Counted from the stretch's first letter, positions 8,819 through 20,698 are shown. The stretch is DNA of 63,245 bases from Candidatus Gastranaerophilales bacterium (GCA_905236775.1 CAJOOM010000175.1:1-63245); one strand, 5' to 3'. A program made the numbers and translations. The notes: generated by a model not told the origin, from the letters alone.

Positions 8819-9855
8819 GGTTTTGTTTTGAGGCTTATAAAACTCAGAACAAGCATAATAAAGATTAAAACCGCAATGTAAATAAAATAATTTTTTAAAG
8901 TTCCGGTGAAATAAGTTGCGAGCGCTCCACCTACAATGGCGATAAAAGTAAGAACTGCAACAGTTTTCTTTTGAGATAACCCTGCTTTCAAAAGTTTGTG
9001 ATGAATATGTTCCGCATCAGCAACGAACGGTGATTTGCCTTTCATAATTCTTCTTATACTTGAAAAAGTTATATCAATTATCGGTACCGCTAAAACTAAG
9101 AATGGCAGCAAAACTGCAAGAGCAGCACCTTTCATAACTCCTGCAATTGATAAAGTTGCGAGTAAAAATCCCGAAAATAAAGCTCCCGAATCTCCCATAA
9201 ATATTTTTGCCGGATTAAAATTGAAAGTTAAAAATGCAAGCATAGATCCTGCAAGTATAAAAGCTATTAGAGCTGTTATCGGCTGAGCAGGAGTCATCGC
9301 AACAGATATTAGGGCCAGTGCTATGGAACTAACTGTTATTACTGAACCGGCTAATCCATCAACACCGTCAATAAAATTAACTGCATTTGATATTCCAACT
9401 ATCCATAAAACGGTTATAGGGTATGCTAATATTCCCAAATGTAAAATTCCGCCATTGAATGGAGTAAAAATTGTATCTATCTGAACTCCCAACAGATAAA
9501 CTATAGTCGCAACCATAAGCTGTATTACCAACTTGAATTTCGCATTCAAATTATAAATATCATCCACAAGCCCTAACAAAAACATTAATGAACCACCGAG
9601 AAGAATTCCTGATAAAAGGCTGCCGTATGGATAATAGCTTAACAAAACAAGCACCAAAAATGTAAGCATCGCACTTGACCAAATTGCAATACCTCCAAGC
9701 CTTGAGATTGGTAATTTATGAATCTTTCTTTCATTTGGTAAATCTACAAGCCCTTCTTTTTGAGAAAACTCTATCACAAGAGGAACTATAAAAACCCCGA
9801 TTAAATAGGATATAAATGCTCCTATGATTTGTGCATGAGTCAATTTGATTATCAT
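8791..9855 (-). CDS. Undecaprenyl-phosphate GlcNAc-1-P transferase (WecA/TagO family)
   Basis: RKIH, GLVDD, NFIDGVDGL, FMGDSG, HIHH; multiple TM helices. Confidence 0.9.
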   Translation of the reverse strand: MIIKLTHAQIIGAFISYLIGVFIVPLVIEFSQKEGLVDLPNERKIHKLPISRLGGIAIWSSAMLTFLVLVLLSYYPYGSLLSGILLGGSLMFLLGLVDDIYNLNAKFKLVIQLMVATIVYLLGVQIDTIFTPFNGGILHLGILAYPITVLWIVGISNAVNFIDGVDGLAGSVITVSSIALALISVAMTPAQPITALIAFILAGSMLAFLTFNFNPAKIFMGDSGALFSGFLLATLSIAGVMKGAALAVLLPFLVLAVPIIDITFSSIRRIMKGKSPFVADAEHIHHKLLKAGLSQKKTVAVLTFIAIVGGALATYFTGTLKNYFIYIAVLIFIMLVLSFISLKTKPQAIEPHEE

Positions 9856-9951
9856 GAAAATCCTTTCGCAATTTTAATTGTTTATTTTATTCTATGACAA
9901 ACTAAATTATAAAAAAAGTATTTATAAAATTACTTCTACATTTAAATTCAG

Positions 9952-10015
9952 AATGTAAAGAAACGTAACATTATTTTATTTGGCTGAAATTTACTTTTAT
10001 TTTTTTACTTTATAT
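9952..10015 (+). promoter_or_regulatory. HLR1-like box plus GAAATT-N16-CTTTATAT promoter
   Basis: Same layout found before five orphan genes. Confidence 0.55.
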
Positions 10016-10040
10016 TTATAGTGAATAAAAAGGAGAAAAT

Positions 10041-10370
10041 ATGGGTATTGATTCTTTAAATGGAGTAAATGGTGTAAATCAAGCAGCAAAAACTCAAAAA
10101 CCGGATAAGGAAGAACTTGAGGTTGCTCAAAAACTTATAGCAGCAGGTGTCATTAATTCTGTTCAAGAATTTATGCAATTATCCGAAACAGAAAAACAAA
10201 CAAAAGTAGAAGAATACAACAAAACTCACCCTAATAATCCTATTGCCGACAAAAATAAACGAGATAACGCAGTATTGCCGCCTGAGGCACAAACAACCCA
10301 GCAAGCACAAGGAACTGTAATGAATCAATTTATGAATGATGTTGATTGGAAAAAAATTAAACTTCAATAA
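10041..10370 (+). CDS. Hypothetical protein
   Basis: 109 aa; SD AGGAG. Confidence 0.75.
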   Translation: MGIDSLNGVNGVNQAAKTQKPDKEELEVAQKLIAAGVINSVQEFMQLSETEKQTKVEEYNKTHPNNPIADKNKRDNAVLPPEAQTTQQAQGTVMNQFMNDVDWKKIKLQ

Positions 10371-10621
10371 ATATAGTTTAGTGTAAAGCATACTCACCTT
10401 TAATTGAGACTGCAGGACAAATAGGGAAATGACCATTTTTCATTTAGTCACGCAATCTCAATTACTTAAGACCGATTTGTTGCTTAAATGCTTTAGTTTT
10501 TTTTATTATTCAGCTAAAAAGTCTACCGCAAAAGTATTAGAAACATACATTCGTACTAGACTTTTTATTTGAATTGAAAAATGATTACAAAATTAAGTAA
10601 TAATATGGATAATTTGTTATT

Positions 10622-10641
10622 TATAGACCTTATGGTCTATA
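10622..10641. promoter_or_regulatory. Perfect palindrome, probable operator
   Basis: TATAGACC-TTAT-GGTCTATA upstream of a NarL-type regulator. Confidence 0.45.
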
Positions 10642-10748
10642 TCTTTATATCTAGGCTAAATACAGTAAAATTAACCCCTATATCGATGAAAATATCCTCT
10701 ATATGCAGGTAATATAAATGGTGGATGGAGAATTAAAGGGGAGAGAGT

Positions 10749-11456
10749 ATGAGACGCGAATTTAAGAAGAAATCAAGAATTCTACTAATTGATGACAATT
10801 ATGATCATCTAAATGGTATCAGAGAGCTTTTAACTATTGAGGGAACGTTTGATGTAGTTGGAATTGCTACAAGTGTTACAGTCGGTATAAATCTAATTAA
10901 AAAATATCAACCGGATATTGTTTTATTAGATATGAACATGCCTGAAAAAGACGGATTACAAGGTATTAAAGATATTTCAAAATTAAATTTAGGGACAAAA
11001 GTCTTAGCATTATCCGGATATGATGATGCAGACTTGATTTTTAGAGCAATGAAGATTGGTGCAAGAGGGTATGTTTTGAAAACTATGGCATCAGCTCAAC
11101 TTATTTACGCAATTGAAGAAGTATTGAATGGAAAAATATATCTTCCGCTTGCACTATCTTCAAGATTTTTTGAATACTTTCAACAGTCATTCAGAGAAGA
11201 AACAGAAAGAAAAGAAAGCGGAATTGAGGAAGAAAATCTGCTTGATGCTTTAACTCAAAGAGAAGAAGAGGTTTTGGAGTTATTAACTCAAGGAATTACA
11301 TACAAAGGTGTTGCAAGCAAGTTATTTATCTCTGAAACTACCGTAAAAACACATGTTAATAACATTTTCCAAAAACTTCAAGTAAATGATAGAACGCAAG
11401 CAGTATTATATGCTATTAACAACGGTTTTTTAACCAAGAATAAAATTGCAGTATAG
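10749..11456 (+). CDS. NarL/LuxR-family response regulator
   Basis: REC domain (IDDN, LLDMNMP, GYVLK) plus LTQREEEVL...ISETTVKTHV HTH. Confidence 0.95.
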   Translation: MRREFKKKSRILLIDDNYDHLNGIRELLTIEGTFDVVGIATSVTVGINLIKKYQPDIVLLDMNMPEKDGLQGIKDISKLNLGTKVLALSGYDDADLIFRAMKIGARGYVLKTMASAQLIYAIEEVLNGKIYLPLALSSRFFEYFQQSFREETERKESGIEEENLLDALTQREEEVLELLTQGITYKGVASKLFISETTVKTHVNNIFQKLQVNDRTQAVLYAINNGFLTKNKIAV

Positions 11457-11493
11457 ATAAGGCACATAGGTATTGAGTTAACAGGAAAAAGCA

Positions 11494-12723
11494 ATGAAAA
11501 AAATTGTAAGGCAGCAAAACTATTTAAAACAACTTATTGAATCTCAGGAGAATCAAATTATATCTAAATCAGCACTAAATTGTATGATTAGAGCTGCTTT
11601 AGAACCTTTGGTGAGTAATCCGGAAGATGGAGTTGTTTTGCATAGGATTGAGAATAAGTCTTTTATTTCCGGCTTACTAAAGAGACTTGAATTTTCATCA
11701 ATACCTGCTTACGATTACACTGATGACAGTGAAAATTTGATTGAAAAAGTTTGGGCAAATACTGAATTTTTATGTGTACTTACTCACAGATTTGTAGCAA
11801 TAATCGTTTGGGACAGCAAAACGGATAATAAAAACTTTGTCAGATACTATACTGTCTATAATTCAAAACTTCAAAATGAAGTGTTGGAAATAATTAACAG
11901 GAATAGCAGCATCAATATTAAAGAATTTCAAGAACGGTTTAAGCCGGACAGACGTGACAACCCGCTATTAAATCGTTCAATAAGAACTCTTATAGAAAAT
12001 ATGGACGAAGTAACTAAAGATGCGGTTATTGGTTTTGCACAAGTTGAGACACAAAAGAAAGAGGAAGAAGTCAGCCAAAACACCAGAATGATAGCTCACG
12101 AAATTAGGAACCAGCTTTCAATTTGTGATTTGTATACTGAAATCATAAGAAAAGCTTGTGCAAAAGGCGGTATAAAGGACGATAATGTGTCTAATGCCTT
12201 GAAAAATATGACAAGAGCTATTAAAATGGCAGGGAATTCTTTAATTTCACTTAAATCTACAGAAAAAGCAGTAATTAAACCTTGTAAGTTAAAAGAATTA
12301 ATATCATATGTGGCAGATTTGACAAAGGTATACTACGAAGGTAAAAATATTGAATTTTTGTTGGAAAATGAAGTAAATGTAAAAATTCCGGTAGATGAAA
12401 ACCGATTTAATGCAGCAATAATCAATCTTGTAAAAAATGCAAGTGAAGCTTTTAATCTTGATGACAACAAAGAAGGTAAATTTATAAGAATCAAGACAGA
12501 AGAAGATGGTGATTTTGTATTAATCAGAATTTCCAATAATGCAGGCAAAATAGATGAACCGCAAAACATATTCAAAGATGGTTATACAACAAAATCTTCC
12601 GGAAATGGACTTGGTTTAATAATTTGTAAAAAATCTATTGGAGAAATGTATGGCAAACTTGAACTTGAGGTAAATACAGATGAAGAAGTCGAGTTTGTGG
12701 TTAAAATAAGTAGTATTAAATAA
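11494..12723 (+). CDS. Cytoplasmic sensor histidine kinase
   Basis: H-box AHEIRNQL, N-box NLVKNA, G2 GNGLGL; no TM helix. Confidence 0.85.
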   Translation: MKKIVRQQNYLKQLIESQENQIISKSALNCMIRAALEPLVSNPEDGVVLHRIENKSFISGLLKRLEFSSIPAYDYTDDSENLIEKVWANTEFLCVLTHRFVAIIVWDSKTDNKNFVRYYTVYNSKLQNEVLEIINRNSSINIKEFQERFKPDRRDNPLLNRSIRTLIENMDEVTKDAVIGFAQVETQKKEEEVSQNTRMIAHEIRNQLSICDLYTEIIRKACAKGGIKDDNVSNALKNMTRAIKMAGNSLISLKSTEKAVIKPCKLKELISYVADLTKVYYEGKNIEFLLENEVNVKIPVDENRFNAAIINLVKNASEAFNLDDNKEGKFIRIKTEEDGDFVLIRISNNAGKIDEPQNIFKDGYTTKSSGNGLGLIICKKSIGEMYGKLELEVNTDEEVEFVVKISSIK

Positions 12724-12735
12724 AAAGGAGGTAAC

Positions 12736-12822
12736 GTGAATTAGTTAATAAGAGCAAAGTTAATAAGTTAATAAGATTTTAAAATCACTTATTTACTTAT
12801 TCACTTATTCACTTATTCACTT
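12736..12822 (+). repeat. Octamer-repeat hairpin cassette between SD and ATG of flgB
   Basis: (GTTAATAA)n arm and (CTTATTCA)n arm; near-identical copy at 50051-50134 on the minus strand. Confidence 0.85.
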
Positions 12823-12829
12823 TTATTAT

Positions 12830-13312
12830 ATGGACTTAATAACAAACAGAACAATGAATATCACTAAGCTTGCGATGGACGGTTTAATTGACCGCCAGCA
12901 TGCTATTGCTTCAAATATTGCAAACGTTATGACACCCGGATTTCAAAGAAAAGAAGTTGCTTTTGAAAGCCAACTTGCTGAAATTCAAGAAAAAGCAGAC
13001 TTAAAAGATTATATAAAAGGGCAAAACAGCATTGAGTATAAACCTCCTGTTTTGGATGTGTTTACTGGTGAAATTCATAAATACAGAATCCCGACTCTTC
13101 AAGAAAAGGCTTATTTAAAGTCAAATATCTATGATCAATTCAAGCCTCAATTGGTTACAGATATATATAGCGGAACAGACCATCACGGAAATAATGTTGA
13201 ATTAGAACGTGAAATGATGGATTTGTCAAAAACCGGTACAAAATATATGGTACTTTCTAATCTAGAAAGAAGAAACTTCACAGGACTAAGCGAAGTAATC
13301 AGAGGACAGTAA
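12830..13312 (+). CDS. flgB: Flagellar basal-body rod protein FlgB
   Basis: IASNIANVMTPGF; GNNVELEREM. Confidence 0.9.
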   Translation: MDLITNRTMNITKLAMDGLIDRQHAIASNIANVMTPGFQRKEVAFESQLAEIQEKADLKDYIKGQNSIEYKPPVLDVFTGEIHKYRIPTLQEKAYLKSNIYDQFKPQLVTDIYSGTDHHGNNVELEREMMDLSKTGTKYMVLSNLERRNFTGLSEVIRGQ

Positions 13313-13372
13313 TAAAGTGACGAGGTTACGAAGTGAAGCCACTAAATCACTTAAAAAAGATGCGGAGGAAAT

Positions 13373-13879
13373 ATGAGTTTTAATATATTTGATATAGCAG
13401 GTTCTGGTATGAGTGCTCAAAGAGTTAAAATGGATACGATAGCAAGTAATATTGCTAACGTAAATACCACCCGCAGACCTGACGGTTCAAAAGGAGTTTA
13501 CATAAAAAAGGATGTAACATTTAGAACAATATATGAAGACCAGTTAAATAGAGGGTTTTCTAATTTTCATAGCAACAGTCCGGATGCTCAATTTGACCCG
13601 AGAACAGGCAATTTGCATATAAATGCAAATATAGCACTTAATCATGGCTTGTTAACGGGTGGAGTCGAGGTTGATGAAATTTACGATTCTGAAAACGGTG
13701 TAAAAACGGTTTATGACCCTTCACACCCTGATGCTGATGAAGATGGTTATGTTGATTTACCAAATATTAACGTTGTAGAAGAAATGGTAGGCATGATATC
13801 TGCATCTAAAGCATATCAAGCAAACGCAACAGTAGCGGAAAACGTTAAAACAATGATGCAAGCTGCAATGAATATCTAG
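13373..13879 (+). CDS. flgC: Flagellar basal-body rod protein FlgC
   Basis: SGMSAQRVKMDTIASNIANVNTT; YDPSHPDADEDGYV; PNINVVEEM. Confidence 0.95.
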   Translation: MSFNIFDIAGSGMSAQRVKMDTIASNIANVNTTRRPDGSKGVYIKKDVTFRTIYEDQLNRGFSNFHSNSPDAQFDPRTGNLHINANIALNHGLLTGGVEVDEIYDSENGVKTVYDPSHPDADEDGYVDLPNINVVEEMVGMISASKAYQANATVAENVKTMMQAAMNI

Positions 13880-13916
13880 TCAATTGAAAATGAAAAATTA
13901 TTAAAAGGAGAAAAAA

Positions 13917-14342
13917 ATGGAATTTTCAACAGGAATATCAACAAATATTGACAGAACATTTTCTTTTGATGCAGTCGATAACTATAATAATTTTTTAAAA
14001 AATAATTCATCTTTTAAATTTGATGATTCCGCTCCGACAGAGTTTGAAGCTGCTCTTGAGAATGCTTCAAAGAACTATCCTGTACATGATAAAAATGACC
14101 CGACAGGTTTAGGGAATTTTGCGGATAAACTGGGTTCAGCATTTTCTGATAGTATTAATGCTGTAAACGATATAAAAATTGAAGCAAGTAGAATGCAAGA
14201 AGATATCGCTATGGGTGGTCCGACAAGTATACACGATGCAATGATAGCAGCTGAAAAAGCGGAATTAAGTATGCAAATGGCAATACAAGTCAGAAACAGA
14301 ATTCTGGCTGCATATACTGAAATTACCGGCATGGCTATATAG
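13917..14342 (+). CDS. fliE: Flagellar hook-basal body protein FliE
   Basis: IHDAMIAAEKAELSMQMAIQVRNRILAAYTEI; position after flgC. Confidence 0.9.
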   Translation: MEFSTGISTNIDRTFSFDAVDNYNNFLKNNSSFKFDDSAPTEFEAALENASKNYPVHDKNDPTGLGNFADKLGSAFSDSINAVNDIKIEASRMQEDIAMGGPTSIHDAMIAAEKAELSMQMAIQVRNRILAAYTEITGMAI

Positions 14343-14474
14343 TAAAAGGTGTATTATCTGATGATAAATCATATCATTATTTTTCTATGTATTGTTGTGC
14401 TGTTATATTGTTTTGCAAATAATTAAAAGCTCGTAAATTTAAATTTACCACACACTACACCTAAGAAAAAAAGT

Positions 14475-14549
14475 GTTGTCTTTCTGAGGGCGTGTGTGCG
14501 GGAATGAGTTGCTGCGCAACTCCCGCTCCCGCAACCGAAGAATCCAGCT
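14475..14549 (+). repeat. REP-like family C element with nested inner hairpin
   Basis: GTTGTCTTTCTGAGG...CGAAGAATCCAGCT ends; inner GAGTTGC-TGC-GCAACTC. Confidence 0.75.
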
Positions 14550-14723
14550 AATTAAAAACTTGTCATACATTTAATCAAATGTAATAATTGTTCACCAGAA
14601 TACAATCCGCTGTCTTGGTTTTTCTAAGCAGGATTTGCTCCATGCTCGAAAATCTCCACTATCCTAATGCCTTATTGCCTTTCTAAAATATTTTATGTGG
14701 TAAAATAAATATCATGCTAATAA

Positions 14724-17188
<2,465 letters not shown>

Positions 17189-17256
17189 CTCCTGCAAATA
17201 TTATTAAATAATATTTTTCATATCTTTAAGAATTGTAACAATTTTAAGAAAATTAC

Positions 17257-17283
17257 TAAAGTTTTTATAAATTATGCCGATAT
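17257..17283 (+). promoter_or_regulatory. Sigma28 (FliA/SigD) promoter
   Basis: TAAAGTTT-N11-GCCGATAT. Confidence 0.8.
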
Positions 17284-17319
17284 ATATACTAAAGGGAAAT
17301 GTAAATAAAGGAGTCCCAC

Positions 17320-17769
17320 ATGAACTTTAGCGGTATATATCAGTTTGGAGCACTAACTACCAGAAATGGCGAGGTTCTTCGTTTTGAAGATATAGATACC
17401 GATTGTAACGGAAAAATTTCCCAGCAAGAATTTATTTTTATACAAAAAGAATTGGGAATGGATACTGTAGAATTTTCGGAACAAGATGAACAAGGTGAAA
17501 AAGACGTTACTGACTATGAATTTGTACTGTGGAACCAAGAAGCAAAAATGCAAAAAGCATTTGAAAATCTGAGCGGTTTAGTTTCTAGAGACTTTATCGG
17601 TGATAATGCAAAATATTCTAAGCCAATTATGAAAGAAATGAGAACTTTTCTGAAAGATTTTAAAGAAGAATATATGAATAGTGAAAATTCTATTGGTGGC
17701 ATGGCAGAAGCATTTCAGACTGCTTTAGCCCAAAAATATATCGCAATAAAGCAAGAATATCTAAATTAA
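17320..17769 (+). CDS. EF-hand-containing hypothetical protein
   Basis: DTDCNGKISQQEF; SD AAGGAG. Confidence 0.75.
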   Translation: MNFSGIYQFGALTTRNGEVLRFEDIDTDCNGKISQQEFIFIQKELGMDTVEFSEQDEQGEKDVTDYEFVLWNQEAKMQKAFENLSGLVSRDFIGDNAKYSKPIMKEMRTFLKDFKEEYMNSENSIGGMAEAFQTALAQKYIAIKQEYLN

Positions 17770-17848
17770 TAAGTCCAAAATTTTGGATAAACTCATAATT
17801 ACAGCAGTGCTAAAATACTATCTCTAAGAAATATCAACCTATAGTCAG

Positions 17849-18187
17849 CTACTTTTTAAATATGAAAAACACCGCAAGTATTATGAATATAAATCCTATT
17901 ACATAATTCCAGCGGAATTCTTCCTTTAGGTACAAAACAGAAAAAATTGCAAAAACAGTAAGAGTAATTACTTCTTGAATTGTTTTTAACTGTGCTGCAC
18001 TATATACTGAATATCCGATTCTGTTTGCAGGAACTTGAAAACAATATTCAAAAAAAGCAATTCCCCAACTTACCAGAATTACTATTAGCAAAGGCATACT
18101 TCTATGTTTTAAATGACCATACCAAGCAAATGTCATAAAAACATTAGATATAATCAGCAATACTATAGGTGATATATATTTAAACAT
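17849..18187 (-). CDS. DMT-family small membrane protein (DUF486-like)
   Basis: SNVFMTFAWYGHLK, FFEYCFQVPANRIG, QLKTIQEVITL. Confidence 0.9.
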   Translation of the reverse strand: MFKYISPIVLLIISNVFMTFAWYGHLKHRSMPLLIVILVSWGIAFFEYCFQVPANRIGYSVYSAAQLKTIQEVITLTVFAIFSVLYLKEEFRWNYVIGFIFIILAVFFIFKK

Positions 18188-18213
18188 CTTATATAAAAAA
18201 TTCCCTTTTTTAC

Positions 18214-18370
18214 TAAACGGAGTTACTTGTTTAACTTCGTAAAGTCTTATTTACCCCTCCTTTTTCAATAAACGGAGGCACTTGGCAAAGCTTCGTCTTG
18301 TTACATTTACCCCTCTTTTTTCAATAAACGGAGGCACTTGGCGAGGCTTCGTAAAGTCTTATTTGCCCCT
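18214..18370. repeat. Three tandem 55/56-bp family A units
   Basis: Units start TAAACGGAG at 18214, 18269 and 18325. Confidence 0.9.
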
Positions 18371-19120
18371 TTATTTTACAAAAAAGCTTGCATTAATATT
18401 TGCATAAACCTTAATTACTCCGCTTGAAATTGATGTAGACTGAGGAGCGCCTTCTGCGCTATCAGCGGTAGCAGCAAGCATATTTTTTGCCATATAAAAT
18501 CTTGGAGTAGAATAGTTTGACTGTTCAGTGCAGCTTATATCCATAGATCTTATTCCGTCAAGGTTTCCGCCTACACCTTTAGCAGCAATACTTGCTCTGG
18601 TATTAGCTTTTTTTGTTGCAATTTCTATTAATGAATTGCATTGTGATTCATAATTTGATACTGAAAAATTAAGTGAATCAATATTAGTAGCCCCAGCTTC
18701 CGTTGCTTTATCTATCATTGAACCGAGTTTGTCAAGAGATTTTGTATGTACGGTTACTCTATTTGAAACTTCGTACTTATCAAGTGTTCTTTTATTTCCG
18801 TTGTAATTGTATAATGGTGTAGCATTATAATTCGATGTCTTTATATAATCACCGTTTGCTGTATTAATTTGTTCATTTAAAATATTGTATATCTTTTCTG
18901 AAATATCCTTATTCATAAGAGATGCTTTTTGCATTGATTTATTATCATATGTTTTTACAGCAAAAGAAAGTTCTGCCGTATCAGGAGCAATTTCTGTATT
19001 CGCTGTTGTTGAGATTGATATATAACCTCTTTCCTTATCATTTGTTTGTGCAGCTTTTGCTGTTAGCATGCCACCTGCTATAATTGATAATACTGCAATT
19101 AGTGCTACTGTTTTTTTCAT
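18371..19120 (-). CDS. SIMPL/DUF541 domain periplasmic protein
   Basis: Signal peptide; PDTAELSF, AGATNIDSLNF. Confidence 0.85.
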   Translation of the reverse strand: MKKTVALIAVLSIIAGGMLTAKAAQTNDKERGYISISTTANTEIAPDTAELSFAVKTYDNKSMQKASLMNKDISEKIYNILNEQINTANGDYIKTSNYNATPLYNYNGNKRTLDKYEVSNRVTVHTKSLDKLGSMIDKATEAGATNIDSLNFSVSNYESQCNSLIEIATKKANTRASIAAKGVGGNLDGIRSMDISCTEQSNYSTPRFYMAKNMLAATADSAEGAPQSTSISSGVIKVYANINASFFVK

Positions 19121-19132
19121 GTTTATTCTCCT

Positions 19133-20698
19133 TTATTCTAAATTGTCGAGTTCATCTAAATCATAAAGCTCATTTTCTGCCTCTTGCTCCGGTGTAATTC
19201 CTGCATCTTTTTTGAATTTTTCCAGTATGGCATCTAAATCTGGATATTCAATTTTTGCAGGTTCTTGCTTAAATTCTCGGACAGGCTTTATCTCATTTAC
19301 ATCGTCTTTTTCTTGCTCTTGATTTATTTCAGTTTGAGCATTTTCATTTTTAGAAGTATCTTCCACTTCTTCTTTAACTTCCACTTCTTCTTTTATTGTG
19401 TTTTCATTATTTTCTTGAGAAGGTTTTACTTCTTTTTGAGGAATTGTTATTTCTGTTGTATCATTATTTTTCTTATCGTTAGCAGGTTCTATCGTTTCTT
19501 CTTGCTCTGGATTTTTAAATTTTAACAAACGATTTTTCCATGTTTCATCAGAATTATCATCCAATTTTTTCAATTTTTCTTTTAATTCTTGTTTCTTTTC
19601 TTTTTCTTCTGCTTTTTTCTGTTTTAATTCTTCTTTTGCTTTTTTCTTTAATTCTGCACTTTCTCGTTTAGCTTCGGCCTCTAACTCTGACATTGGGCGA
19701 ACATCATGTTCTTTAGAGATTTTAAATCCAACTACTGATACCGGAATTCCTGCCCCTGTTTTAGATTCTAATTTAACATTTTCATTGTTTATATCAATAC
19801 TCCACGTTCCAAGGAATTTTGGTATTCCTCCCGTATATGCATAAGCGCATACTATAATTCTATTGGAATTATTTGCATCAAAACCTATAGGATATACATC
19901 CCAACGTTTGTTTTCTAATTCTAATTTTTCTGTTTTATTCCAATAATAGCAGATTGCATTTCTTAATAAAGTTAAATTTTTTGCCTTTTTAGTCTCAAAA
20001 TCATATATCCAAACATCTGTTTTCCAAATTCCGTCATGTCTTGAACCAATTTTTTCTTTAATCAGCAGTTTTGTGCTGTCTATCGAATAATCAATCGGTG
20101 TTAATGTCCTAAAAATAGCCTTTCTAGTTGTATCGGTTTTAGTAGACAGAATAGGATTTGGGTCTTTATTTAAAATGTTAGCTTTTTTTACTCTTTCAAG
20201 ATTATTAACTGTTTCATCAAGGTTAATGACAAATAAATCACAGCTTACACTGTCTAATTCCGCATAATAATAAATTGCAGGATACACTAATTTTTTGTAA
20301 TCACCGGATACAATACCTTGTGCATTAACCTGCCTATCGTAAAACAATCTACGCGGGATATTCAATTCAGGACTTCCCACAGGCTCGTTATATCTTACCA
20401 GCTTATAAATATGCTGTGGTACGTAAATATAACTTTTATCCTTTGGTAAATCCGGTTTATCGAGAACTTCTTCTGCTATTTCTTTTCTTGTTTTAGCTCT
20501 AGACTTCTCCTCATACTCCTCCAATGTCATATAACCGGATTCTGGAAGTTTGCTCTTTTCGTATTTAATTCTTTCTTGTTCTTTTTTTTGTTGTTTAGGA
20601 GACTTAAGTTGAAGCGAATTATTTTTACGTTTTTTTAAAAAACAGATATACGTACTATCAATATTTGCAGGCATGTCTGCACAATTTGCGTATATCAT
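19133..20698 (-). CDS. Hypothetical protein with charged low-complexity C-terminus
   Basis: Long ORF; start set at the TAATG overlap with the upstream regulator stop. Confidence 0.7.
   Translation of the reverse strand: MIYANCADMPANIDSTYICFLKKRKNNSLQLKSPKQQKKEQERIKYEKSKLPESGYMTLEEYEEKSRAKTRKEIAEEVLDKPDLPKDKSYIYVPQHIYKLVRYNEPVGSPELNIPRRLFYDRQVNAQGIVSGDYKKLVYPAIYYYAELDSVSCDLFVINLDETVNNLERVKKANILNKDPNPILSTKTDTTRKAIFRTLTPIDYSIDSTKLLIKEKIGSRHDGIWKTDVWIYDFETKKAKNLTLLRNAICYYWNKTEKLELENKRWDVYPIGFDANNSNRIIVCAYAYTGGIPKFLGTWSIDINNENVKLESKTGAGIPVSVVGFKISKEHDVRPMSELEAEAKRESAELKKKAKEELKQKKAEEKEKKQELKEKLKKLDDNSDETWKNRLLKFKNPEQEETIEPANDKKNNDTTEITIPQKEVKPSQENNENTIKEEVEVKEEVEDTSKNENAQTEINQEQEKDDVNEIKPVREFKQEPAKIEYPDLDAILEKFKKDAGITPEQEAENELYDLDELDNLE

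Noticed and set aside
18214-18370. Mini CRISPR array
   Set aside because: Units are similar along their whole length with no unique spacers
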